64,000 bases of DNA from Octopus sinensis (Eukaryota): contig NC_043002.1 of the NCBI RefSeq assembly GCF_006345805.1, forward strand, positions 105,710,001 to 105,774,000. Direction: 5' to 3'. The notes under the pieces are model-generated. The model was not told the DNA's origin. It saw only the letters and a list, made by a program, of their open reading frames with translations, and did not search any database. A program made the translations under genes and the position numbers. Each line of letters starts with the position of its first letter. Position 1 is the stretch's first letter. This document shows positions 40,339 through 52,622 of this stretch, piece after piece.

Positions 40339-40899
40339 GCACGCACACATGTACATCAATGCTTTCGGAGTGAAATGTTAAAATATTGAGTTTTCTCGAA
40401 TTTTGTCTTAATTGGGGGTGAAATTGAAAGAAATATATTATGGCATGACCGAATGGAGTACTTTGAAAAATCTTAGGTAAACTCTAATTGAAGAAATTGT
40501 GTGAGGAGTAAATCGTTATGTATTTATTTGTTTCTGTTTGCTGTGTTTTTTTTATTTTTTGAGTAGTGGTTTAAATACTTTCAGTTTAGTCTTCCTCAAA
40601 TCACTCTGTCGCTATTTACTCTCTTCCAATTACTTTCATTTTATTCGTTGCACACTGTGTGTGTGCGGTACGTGTGGTGTAAACCACATTAAGAAAAGCA
40701 TTTGACATACACACCAGAATGTGAGTTTTCTGTAAATTTTGCTTAATTGGAGTTTAAATTTTAAAAACTGGACCTGGCATGACCCGATGCATTCTACTCT
40801 TAAAAATGCTAGGTAAATTGTAATTGAAGAAATCCTATATTGTAGATTTCTATAACTGACAAAGGGAGGCAGATAAAATCTGCCTTTTATAATAAGAGA
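39205..40899 (-). mobile_element. Non-autonomous Helitron, about 1.7 kb
   Basis: On the minus strand: A|TC start, subterminal hairpin cccgagcaacgccggg, CTAG|T end; no TSD; internal ~120-bp direct repeat. Confidence 0.8.
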
Positions 40900-42620
40900 T
40901 ATATATTTTAGTATGTGTTGTGGGGATGGCTCATACTAATTATGTATACCTTGTATTTTGAGGGTGCTGATTGCATATAATAGGTGTATATGCGTGTACA
41001 TGACGGTGACTGTGTCACATGTTTTAAATGTTATTGAGATTGTCGTTATCAGTCGTGGTTGCAGAATTCTGTTTTGTTTTTCATCCTCTCGAGATCGATA
41101 AAGTACCAGTTTATCGACGAATCCCCTTGTAAGATTTCAGGTATTGTGCCTATAGAAGAAAGGAAATAAAAGGGATTAGGCGTGGTCGCCGCCGAGGAAT
41201 GGGAGTGATTGGGTACATAAGCTGGTGTTGTTGTTGCTGTTGTTGTTCGTCGTCGTCGTCGTGGAGGAAAATGTGTTTAATATGTTGTTGTTATTGTTGC
41301 TGATGATGGTGGTGGTGGTGATAAATTCATAAAATGAGCTGTTGCTTTTAATGTTGTTTTTGTTGCCATTGGTGGCAGGAGAGAGGAGGAGGAGGAGGAG
41401 GAGGAGGAGAAAAAGGAAGAGGTGGTGGTCATCGTCGTGATGATCATGGTGGGGAACGGGAGCGGATGTGGTGTATGCTTACGAGCTGCTGCTGTTGTTG
41501 TTGTTGTTGTTGCTAAGCTTTATAGACTGGCCTCTACACTTGTATCATCGCGACAGCGAACGACGAAACTCTCGGCAGTTACTCGAGCGGCCACAAAGAG
41601 CAACTTTATCTCCTCCAAATTGTTCAATACCATCTTAAGAGAAAAGGAAGGATGCATTAAATAATGAGTCTCAGATAAATTTTGTTTGCAAATAAGACTG
41701 GATGGTGAATAGCTAGAAGGCTTTCATCGTATAATAATACACATACACACGCATACATACGTACACATACGTACACGCACATTCTCACACACATACAGCC
41801 ATCATAAATCTATTTGCCCCACTACCTTCCTACACAGCTACATACATAGATTTATCTCTACCTGTCTCTACCTGTCTATTTCTCTCTTCTTAAATGTATA
41901 TGTGTGCATGTGTGTATGTGCATATATACGTAGTACACATACACACACATACACGCATACGTGTATGTATGTATGTATGTATGTATGTATGTATGTATGT
42001 ATGTATGCATGTATGTATGTATGTATAAAACTATCCATTCTCTACCCGCTTAACAAACTACTTATATATAAACTTTACACATAACAATACAATGTTACCA
42101 TGAAAAAAAATTGTTATAGGAAGCCCGATCTTGCATCATTCCACTATATCTAGACTGACATTTAATCTTCTTCAAAAGTTTTCTTGTATCAACAGTTTGT
42201 ATATACACACACTGTTACACAGATGCTGTTATAGCGTTCTTACTGGGCTTGATGTAAATATACGGTGTGTCGATCTCAGGTGCATCACTCTTTATACAAT
42301 ATACAATAGTTTCAACAAACTTAATCTTATAGTTTACATTACCTATATATCTAGGTTGATGTGTGCTTGTATGTTTGTATACATATATGTGTGAATATGT
42401 GTGTGTGTATATGTATGTATGTATGGATGGATGGATTGATGGATGGATGGATGGATGGATTGATGGACGGATGGACGTACAGTGTTAAAAACTCAAATAT
42501 ATATCAGTAACAGATGAAAACCGTCCAGCATTGCTAAATACAGATGTCTGACTCTTTGATTTTTCATCGATATCAAGTCGCTATTGGCAACTGTATGTTT
42601 AGACAATATCTGCTGTTACT

Positions 42621-43017
42621 AAAGCGGCGAGCTGGCAGAAACGTCAGCACGCCGGGCCAAATGCTTTGCGGTATTTCATCTACCGTTACGTTTTGAGTTC
42701 AAATTCCGCCGAGGTCGACTTTGCCTTTCATCCTTTCGGAGTCGATAAATTAAGTACCAGTTACGCACTGGGGTCGATATAATCGACTTTATCCGTTTGT
42801 CTGTCCTTGTTTGTCCCTTCTGTGTTTAGCCTCTGGTGGGTAGTAAAGAAACAGGTATTTCGTCTGTCGTTACGTTCTGAGTTCAAATTCCGCTGAGGTT
42901 GACTTTGCTTTTCATCCTTTCGGGGTCGGTAAATTAGGTACCAGCTGCGTACTGGAGTCGATCTAATCGACTGACCCCTCCCCATAAATTTCGGGCCTTG
43001 TGCCTATAGGAGTAAAG
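42621..43017 (+). mobile_element. SINE family A, dimeric, 16-bp TSD
   Basis: aatatctgctgttact at 42605-42620 and 43018-43033. Confidence 0.96.
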
Positions 43018-43055
43018 AATATCTGCTGTTACTGATATAGTAAAACAGTGGTTAT

Positions 43056-43200
43056 GAAGGCACGTGGTTTTGTGCTTATGGTGTTACACTCATGATGGTA
43101 AGATTGTGGTTTCGATATTTGGATTGGGCGGCGCGTTGTTTCTCGGACAAAGCACTTCATTTCACGTTGCTCTAGTTCACTCTGTTGGCAAAAATGAATA
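43056..43200 (+). mobile_element. Old tRNA-type SINE head (family E)
   Basis: Degenerate box A/B (gtggtttcgat) followed by gttgtttctcggacaaagcacttcatttcacgttgctctagttcactc. Confidence 0.5.
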
Positions 43201-43386
43201 TATACGCCACAGAACCCGGGAAACTGGCCTTACGAGCTATTGGCTGGGGAAGAATCTTTCATCCTTTTTCAAAACAGTAATTGAAAAATCACTGAGGTTA
43301 CAGTTAGCTGACCAGTAGAATAAAAATTCATTGTGCGCAATAGAAGCAGCATTAGTTTAAATTAGCAATCTGTGCATCACTCTTAA

Positions 43387-43709
43387 AGTAGATACATCAC
43401 GGGAAACCTAATTAACTACGATATTTGTCCCGTGCTAGTATTTCTTGTGGACGTAGAGTGTCAAAAACGTACAAAAAATTCAGTAGCAGACTAAAATCGT
43501 CCGGCAGCAGCGGTGGCAATGTTAAATGCACATTTCTGCCTCTCTTGGCGTTCACAGTAGCATGCATCCATATAGCAACTGCTTGCTACGGCAAAACATG
43601 CCGTAACTAATGCTGTAAAACAGTGATTGAAAAATCACACACGTCGCAATTAGATATTATCTCAGGGCGAATAGCGCAGTTAATTAGGCTTTTCGTGATG
43701 TATCTGTCA
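43387..43709. mobile_element. TTAA-flanked MITE (Kolobok-like)
   Basis: ~31-bp imperfect TIRs agtagatacatcacgggaaacctaattaact / agttaattaggcttttcgtgatgtatctgtca; TTAA at 43383-43386 and 43710-43713. Confidence 0.7.
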
Positions 43710-43811
43710 TTAAGTATGTTGTTATTTTAAATTAATACTGATTCTGTCCTGCTGCATATAATGAATGTATGTATGCATACAGAGAGAGAGGGGGGGATCT
43801 GTAACATACTT

Positions 43812-43872
43812 AGCGTAAACACACCAGCATCGGTTGTCAAGCGATGTTGGGGTGACAAACACAGACACACAA

Positions 43873-43925
<53 letters not shown>

Positions 43926-43936
43926 ATATATATATA

Positions 43937-43979
<43 letters not shown>

Positions 43980-44174
43980 ATATACACACACATATATACA
44001 TACATATATACCACGGGCTCCTTTCAGTTTCCGTCTACCAAATCCACTCACAAGGCTTTGGTCGGCCCGAGGCTATAGTAGAAGACTCTTGTCTAAGGTG
44101 CTACGCAGTGGGATTGAACCCGGAACCATATGGTTCGTAAGCAAGCTACTTACCACACAGCCACTCCTGCGCCT
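43812..44174 (-). mobile_element. SINE family C, intact head, 3' truncated
   Basis: Head aggcgcaggagtggctgtgtggtaagtagcttgc..ccgggttcaatcccactgcg; internal CA/TA tract. Confidence 0.92.
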
Positions 44175-44332
44175 ATCACTTCTGCTGATATAATCTGTGA
44201 TTTTTGCGTGCTTTGTCTATACAAGATGATTTCTCGGAACGATATACTGCAGTTTATGGCATTAAATCAGCACATCCAATTTAAATCGGATGTGCAAATT
44301 CTTGTGCGTGCATATATGTGTATGCTTAAGTG

Positions 44333-44363
<31 letters not shown>

Positions 44364-44641
44364 GTGTATGTATGTGCGATAAGATAGCAATTGGACTTAT
44401 GACGCCTAATTAGGCAGAAACATGTATGAACAGTTGTCCTCTTGTCTTTTCTTTAAGGTAATGTCAATAGTGAGCAATTCATGATTCCTGAGATTAGCTC
44501 CCGTCCTCATTTAAAGTCAGTCAAAATTGACACCAAATTATTGTTGCACCCTCTCATAAAGCGGCGATAATTTCAATAAATTAAGAATAAATTTAAGAAA
44601 CACACAAAAGCCGTTCGATTCACTTCAACATTTAAGTTTAA

Positions 44642-44694
44642 TTTGTCAAAATATTTTCGTCGCTATAAGACCGCGACCTGTTCACAGACAAAAA
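44642..44694 (-). ncRNA. Candidate minimal type I hammerhead ribozyme, G3:C8 variant
   Basis: UUUGUCU-GUGAACA-G-GUCGC(GGUCUUAUA)GCGAC-GAAA-AUAU-UU-UGACAAA: stem I, core, perfect 5-bp stem II, GAAA, palindromic AAUAUU stem III. Confidence 0.6.
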
Positions 44695-45309
44695 TCCGTG
44701 TTCCTTAAATGGCTTACAAACACCTTCCACGCTGCAATTGTTTTCGTTCCAGCACACGATCTCAGATCAAATCACTTGCTATGCAAGTACATCTCCGAAA
44801 AGAATAAATTTAATATTTTATAATGCGTGTGCGTGCGCGCATTATATTTGAGAAGGTTTGTGTATAAAACCATTTACTTCCTTTTCCTTTTCTTTTTTTT
44901 TATTTTATTTACTTATCTATTTATTTATTTATTTATTTTTACATGGCCACCCTTCGTTTCTCTGCTGCAGCCAACACTAAATCCCTTTTTTTTTTTTTTT
45001 ACGTTTCCCGCTTACTTCTCCCTACCTCACTCTTTCTCTCCCACTGTCTTTCTCTCTGCCTTTTTCTCCCTCTCTCTCTCCCTCTCTCTCTCCCTCCCTC
45101 CACCTCTCTCTCCTTCCCTCTCTCTTTCTGTTTGTATGTGTGTATGTGTATGTATATATATTTCTATTTATCAATTACTTTTTCGTCTTCTCTAGTTTCA
45201 AAACTTTTCAGTTATGAAATCCGTATACTTTATTCCTATCTTTCAGCCTCTCTCCTACCGTCTCCCTCTCTCTCTCTCTCTCTATCGCTCTCTCTCTCTC
45301 TCTCTATCG

Positions 45310-45343
<34 letters not shown>

Positions 45344-45399
45344 CTTTCTCTCTCTGCCCCATACAATTTCTTTCTTTTTACCTTTCTTCCATTTACTGG

Positions 45400-45658
45400 A
45401 TGCTTTTTTCAGTCTTTGAATAGCTACAAAGCTGTGGCACCACTTTGATGAGTTTAGTCGAACAAATTGACCATAATATGTTGTTTCGTAAAGTTTTGTA
45501 CTTAGTCTATCGGTCTCTTTTGCCAAGTTACTAACCCACTAAGTTACGGGACGCAAAGAAACCAATAGCGGTTGTCAAGTGGTGTGGGGCAAACACAAAG
45601 GCAACTGCGCATGTACACGCACACAGATAATATATATATAATATATATATTATATATA

Positions 45659-45706
<48 letters not shown>

Positions 45707-45738
45707 GATATATATATATATATTATATATATATATAT

Positions 45739-45793
<55 letters not shown>

Positions 45794-45802
45794 CATAGAT
45801 AC

Positions 45803-45881
<79 letters not shown>

Positions 45882-46050
45882 TGACGGCTTCCCACAGTTT
45901 CCATCTACCAAATTCATTCACAAGACAGGTTCTCTGGCCAAGTCCTATAGTAGAACACTATTCCCCAAACTGTCACACCGTGAGACTAAACACGAAGCTG
46001 CGTGATTTCGAAGTGAACTTGTAACCTATGCAACTATGTCTGTACCTATT
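45400..46050 (-). mobile_element. SINE family C, old copy with expanded (TA)n(GATA)n
   Basis: 3' half ctatcggtctcttttgcc..gcggttgtcaag and 5' half gacggcttcccacagtttccatctaccaaattc flank ~260 bp of microsatellite. Confidence 0.75.
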
Positions 46051-46269
46051 TGCACACAGATCCGTGTTTATATATAAGCAAGGACAAGCTTGAATTAGTC
46101 CATTTTGGTGAAAAGACCGCACTTAAGTTACCATATATTTTTTTTTTCTGGAGCAAAACCTGAGTGGTATCAAATACCGCTAGGGACATCGGAGAAACTG
46201 TCGACCAGAAGTTAAGATGAACATCAACCCACCACCACCACTACCACCAGATAAAAGCAGACCCGACTT

Positions 46270-46810
46270 GCAGAGTGTGCTCCCGGATCCTCAGGTCTTT
46301 TCGGTCAAGAGGTGCTCCTACCATTATCCTTCTCTTCTCTACCTTCGTTCCTCATCACCTTGAAAACTGTTACCGGTTATGGTGTACCTGTACGAAAAGA
46401 AATATTATAAAATTTGAAGCACCCTAGATATCAATCAACCACAAAACGACATGGCAGGTTTTGATGACTGGGATCAGCTCCAGAGGCTCGAACTTTAGCC
46501 CCTCTCAAACGCCGCTGTCAGCGATATATCATTTCATTTCAATGAAGTGGAAAATAGTCCATCAACATTGCCCAAATGATGTAGGCTTCAACTTTAAAGA
46601 GCCATCTGTCCTCAACAAAAATCAAAACTATTTCACCTCAACTGGGCCTGCGTGCTTTGACATCATGCTAAGTCACAAAAGAAAAAAGAAAGATCTCGCA
46701 ATATTCAAACGGTTCCTGGATGAATTTCCCCAGATTCCAGGTAAACCACCAACACCCGGATATATCTCTAGAAAGATTAATTCTGTACTCGAATGGACAA
46801 TGGTACCGAA
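46270..46810 (+). mobile_element. CR1-like LINE 3' end
   Basis: STFVPHHLENC (RPHLEY-like), DWDQLQRLEL, KWKIVHQHCPND, FKRFLDEFPQIPGKPPTPGY..NSVLEW. Confidence 0.75.
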
Positions 46811-47871
46811 ACTATGACTGTAACATGGAAATGATTAAATGTCTTCTACACGAGGTGCTGCTATGTTAGTCATGATTTGGCCAATCCTGGCCGGAACCTA
46901 TCTAAATATCTGTAGCAGAAGTCTGTGGGTTCCATCCTACACCGAGCAAATGTTTATTATCATATCCTTGTTCTGGAATAAACCAAATGATAGCGAATAT
47001 CATTTGAAAGACAGAATAAACAAACATTGTGTGGAAGCTGGTCGATATGAGACTTAATCTGTTATCTACCACAGCCTGGTGATTTGTTATCTTTATTAAA
47101 GTCAACGCTGTTGCGGGCACTCAGGTCTGAGGTCAGAGTATAACCGTCTTCCTTCTGCAGTTTGAGGGACAAAGCAAAGGTCATGGCCGCTGCCCGTCTC
47201 CCTTACACTAAAGAATAAAAGCAAAACAAATAGTCTCGTTTTATACATGTGTATAAATACTAACGTGTGTATGGGTCTGTACTTGTCTCTGTATGTACTG
47301 TGAATTTTTTCGTGTGTGTGCTTGTCTATAACGGATTGTGTGAGTGAATATGCGACTGTATGTAAATATGTGTATGCGTGTATGTGTGTGTGGGGGTGCG
47401 TGTATATGTGTGTGCGTGGGGGGGGGGGCGTGTGTATGTGTGTGAGAGAGTGTGTGTACATGTCTGACATCATTTAATCTATTCTATCCATAGATGATAG
47501 AAGCAGAACTGATGAAGAGAATAAGGAAAAGCTTGACTATTTAGAGGCCAGTCAGTACACGACTTAACGAGGTCCTTACAGAACAAAGGCCCTTTCCCCT
47601 TCCTGAAGTGGAACGCAGCCTTTTAAATAAACCATCCTAGAAGTAAAGGAAAGAGAGAGATACAGACAGACAGACAGAGAAAGAGTGAAAGAGGGATAGA
47701 GAAAGTGAGAGAAAGAGAACACCGACTTATCCCCTACTTTATTGGCAGGAGTAAACTTGCCTTGTTATATGCTGGGAGGGGTATTGTGTGTGTGTATATA
47801 TATATATATATAGTATATATATATATATATAATATATATATAATAAACACACCACACATATATATATATAG

Positions 47872-47902
<31 letters not shown>

Positions 47903-48374
47903 ATATATGCATTTTGTGCGGATAAATAAATATGCATGCACGGGCACTTACAAACAAGTACACATATTTATATACACTCGGATATGCATGTGTGTACATG
48001 TATATATTCTCTTAAGTTTATATCCATAAAATTAGCCTGTACAATACCGCACGCAGGTCACTTTTTTTATAACTTTTCGACCTACATTCCAATACATATT
48101 TACACACATACATACATATATGCATACATGTTAGTAGATATGCACGCACGCACACACACAAACAAACAAGCAAACAAACAAACAAATAACTACATGCTTC
48201 TGTATACTGATAGGCAGAGAAGGTAAACACAGGAATTGAAACTACAAGTGATAAAAGACCTCAAGTTAGAGTTCAAGTTAGATCAACTGATACAAATTTC
48301 AGTACACAAAGAAGCAAAAATTCACACAGCACAAACACTACAAGAAAAAAAAAAAAGAGCCCTTAAACTCAAGC

Positions 48375-48408
<34 letters not shown>

Positions 48409-49094
48409 AAGCGGACGAAACGAATGATATTTTATAAACAGGCAAACTCTACGTCGAATGCAACACAGAAATGAGAATCAAAAGAGAGAGAAAAGAAAAG
48501 TAAGAACACTAAAGAAAATACACGAGACATGTAACATCTCACGAGTAACTTGTTTTCAAAAGAGGCAGCGCATGTCAGTGACTAGGTTACAGAAATGACC
48601 TACTACACAGACTTCGCAGATGTGACCTAGTCACATAGTCTATTATGAATTGTTGCACACTCCATAATATATATTTTTCTATTAACCAATAAAACGCTAA
48701 ATTAATATAACATCTTTGATGTGTTTGTTCTCAATTCACCAAAATAATTATTCCATGGTGTGTGTAAGCGTTCTGCTTTTGTGAACAATCCTTTCATAAG
48801 AAGACGTTGCCTAAAACCCGTTCATAGGCCCCGTAATTACTTTAGAAATGAATCGGACGCATATCGTATGGTACTTGTTCAATCTAATGTTTCATCAATG
48901 TTAGTGAAATATCTGAACGGACATGATATCAAGAATTTAGTGAATTTTGTTTTGGGCAATAATCAAAGTTTTCTGCGTATGTGCATCCGACTTTTCACAT
49001 TTTCTCCTAAATAAGAAGTATCCTCCAACCGAAGATATTTAAGTTTCAAAACGTTTACACTGTTATTATCGGAAGCTTAGATGTAGCATTAGAT

Positions 49095-49615
49095 GAAGAA
49101 TCTTTTCTGTTGTTCTTCGCATGAACCGGTCTTTCGCCATGAGAAACAGGAAGCCTGACATAACACACCCCTGCTTTACTACAGTTGTAACCTTAAACCA
49201 CATTTTCTTGATCCCCGCCTGTGCACTCAAAGTCGTCGTACACTGTCTGCACAATCCTCGTGAGCTTGTCAGCAATGCCTTATAATCTCTTATTTTCTAA
49301 TCCTTCGACTGAGTCGAAAGCTTTTTCAAAGTCAACAGAATTGAATATACACCATTGCTCTCCATTCCTGGACTTGCTTTAAAATGTCTCTGAAGAAGAA
49401 ATATTTGTTCCATTGTGCTTCTTTTCCTGCGTAATCCAGCCTGCTCTTTCCTGAGAGACTGATCTACTCCTTTCTGTATTCGCTCAATGATGACTTGCTC
49501 CATGATTTTACTCATTACATAAAGTAGTGCTATTCCATCTAATTCCGGCATTCCTTCAAGTCAGCATTCTTTGGTAATTTGATGGTAATCCCATTTTTCC
49601 ATTTGTCTAGTATTC
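49095..49615 (-). mobile_element. RTE-like LINE RT fragment
   Basis: IKLPK..GIALL..SKIMEQVIIERIQKGVDQSLRKEQAGLRRKRSTMEQIF..DFEKAFDS..VKQGCVMSGFLF. Confidence 0.85.
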
Positions 49616-49649
49616 TCTCTCTGTGTCACATACATGTATGTATGTTTGT

Positions 49650-49860
49650 ATGTTTGTCCCCCCCCCAGTACCGCTTCACGACTGGTCTTGATTTGCTTAC
49701 CTCCTTATAACTTAGCGGTTTAGCATAATAAACCGATAGAATATGTAGTAAGCTCGAAAATAAACTAAGTGCAGGAATCGCTTCGTTCGACTAAAACTCT
49801 TTAAGGCGGTGCCCCAGCATGGCCACAGTCCAGTGACAGAAACAAAAAAAGATAAAAGAT
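49650..49860 (+). mobile_element. SINE family C 3' half
   Basis: gtttgtccccc..taacttagcggtt..aaggcggtgccccagcatggcc..gaaacaaaaaaagataaaagat. Confidence 0.8.
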
Positions 49861-50724
49861 ACACACACATACAGCTAGAAACACGTGGGGATATTGAATG
49901 AACATTTCTAGTGAACATTAAGTTATCTTTTTATCTCCTTATATTACATAGGCAGCACTCCAGTAGAGAGATTTTAGCAACTAATTCCGTGGATAAAGTT
50001 CTCTGTGGGGGGTGTTGCATATGTAAAAGAAAGAGATAAAAAAAAACACAACATAACTTAGTTTCACTAGAAATATCCATAGCGGGCGAAATTTCACTTG
50101 TAGGGTCTTTAAAAAAAAAAACGATAAACGTCTAAGGGAGATAAATTTGATAATATCATCGGAACGATTTTTTTTTTACTTCTTATTGAGTGCAAAGAGG
50201 AGTAGATATTGCCTCTAAGGCCAAATGGTGAAACGAAAGTATTTCGATTTTTTCTCATAACGTATCAACAAGCCATGTTTGCTTCAACTGGCAAATATAA
50301 AGAGGGAATGTAGTAGGACCGATTATGAATATTAACATTTGGACGCTACATATATCTATGTGTCCGTGTGGTGGTGGGGTGTAGTTAAGAATGAGTATTT
50401 TTAGACACATGGAAAAACAGCCAATATTGGCTAAATAAACAGCCATAAATTTTATTTTAAATAATTTTATTTACAGTGACTTGAAAGTCCCTCTCTTTCT
50501 CTGTCCCTATCTTTCTTCCTCTCTCTCTCTCTCTCTCTCTCTCCCTCTCTCTCATACACACACACACACACAAAGAGGAATAAGCATTCAGGTGAACAAT
50601 AAAATTTCTAGTCAAATAGATTCTTCAATAAGTTTGACCCCATTGATACATGTACTGTTGTTATTCTTAAATTTGCTCTCATATTTAGGGGTGAATGATT
50701 GGACGGATGTATCGATAAATAGAT

Positions 50725-50767
<43 letters not shown>

Positions 50768-50841
50768 TTAGCGAATATATACCTATACATGTGTATCATA
50801 TGTGTGTGTATAGACACACCCATACAAACGATATGTGTATG

Positions 50842-50878
<37 letters not shown>

Positions 50879-51437
50879 GTACGTGTGTGTGTTCGCGCGT
50901 GATTGTACATGTGTGCGTATGTATGTATGTATGTATGTATGTACGTATATATGTGTGCATGCTGTGTGCGTGCGTGGATGTGTGTGTGTGTGTGCGTGTG
51001 CGTGTGTGTGTGTGCGCGTGAGTTTATTTCCTTGTGTCTAGTCTTCAAGCCGCCGTCGTGTCTTGGCTGTTCTGTTTAACATCTGAGATCTAACAACAGC
51101 AGTTCTTCCTCAGCCACCCTTCTAATACCCACTTTCAGCTCCTTTATCATCACTCCCTTCCTTCATCTTCATTACATCCTCTTCCCTCCCTGCCTTATCC
51201 GCAAATCCTCTTCCTGTTCCCCTCACTATCTCTAAACCTTAGGCCCCAAACATGACGATAACTCTCTTTTGTCTGATGCCAAAAACTGTCTGAGCGCGAG
51301 AGAGAGAGAAAGGTATAGAGAGATTATATTTTATAACTTTACACATGCGCATGTGTATGTGTGTGCGTGTACATATCTCTTGTGTGATTATGTTTGTGTA
51401 TGTATACATGTACGCATGTTGACGATTTGGATATGTA

Positions 51438-51780
51438 CACAGCCGTGGCTGTATGGCAAAAAGTTTACTTCCCAACCAAATGGTCCCGGGTTCGGGCCAG
51501 CCAAAGCCTTGAGAGTGGATTTGTTAGACAAAAGCTGAAAGATGCCCGTCGTATATTTATATGAGTGTGTGTGTCTTTGTGTCAGTGTTTGTCCCCACCC
51601 TCCACCCCCCGCCACTGCTTAGTGTGTTTACGTCCCCGTAACTTAGCGGTTCGGCAAAAGAAAATCGGGCTTTACAAAAACATAATGAGTACAGGTGTCA
51701 ATTTGTTCGACTAAAATTCCTCAAGGCGGTGCCCCAGCATGACGCAGACCAATAACTGAAACTAGTAAAAGATAAAAGAC
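51438..51780 (+). mobile_element. SINE family C with head deletion and short internal tract
   Basis: gtggctgtatgg..aaagccttgagagtggattt..gcccgtcgtatat..aaggcggtgccccagcatg. Confidence 0.85.
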
Positions 51781-52257
51781 GTACATAAATATGTTTTTGT
51801 GTGTGTGTGTGTGCGCATCAATGAATGCGTGTGTGTTTGTGTAGTGAGTTCTGCTGCAAAGGTAGATCACTGCCGTTTCATTCATACGCCTCCAGCTCTG
51901 ATTGGCTGGAATCTGCTACAGCACAACTGAACCATGCCACGGCAATTGTCTTGCTACCAGAATATCTTCAGATATGGCTCCCACCACAACACAAATGCGA
52001 ACCATTCAGCCGCTATCCCAGTTTACCAGCAATGGCAAAGTCTTGCGAGAACAAATTGTTGATGCCGTTCCCTATATAGGCACAGATGTAGTTCTTTCCC
52101 AAATAAATTGCACTTCATATTCGAGACACCGATGAAGATAAAAAGTGTTATTCAGGCACTCAGCTCTGAGTCCACTGCATCTTAAAAGCACAAACAGCTG
52201 TAAGCTAATGAAGTTCATAACATAATTGTTTATTCTTTTGTCAATTCTTTTTCTTAG

Positions 52258-52622
52258 AAGGCGGCGGGCTGGCAGAATCGTTAGCACGCCGGGCGAAATG
52301 CTTAGCGGTATTTCGTCTGCCAATACGTTCTGAGTTCAAATTCCGCCGAGGTCGACTTTGCCTTTCATCCTTTCGGGATCGATTAAATAACTTAATCCGT
52401 TTGTCTGTCCTTGTTTGTCCTCTCTGTGTTTACCCCTTGTGGGTAGTAAAGAAATAGGTATTTCGTTTGCCGTTACGTTCTGAGTTCAAATTCCGCTGAG
52501 GTCGACTGTGCTTTCATCCTTTCGGGTCGATAAATTAAGTACCAGCTGCATACTGCAGTCGATCTGATCGACTGCCCCCCGCCCCACCTCCCCAAAAATG
52601 TCGGGCCTTGTGCTTAGAGTAT
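52258..52622 (+). mobile_element. SINE family A, dimeric
   Basis: Duplicated core with a short deletion in monomer 1. Confidence 0.92.

Noticed and set aside
47490-47540. CTGATGA...GAAA hammerhead-like spacing
   Set aside because: No stem II, I or III pairing.
51990-52140. CR1-like C-terminal trace (FTSNGKVLREQIVDAVPYIG)
   Set aside because: Too short and degenerate to call.
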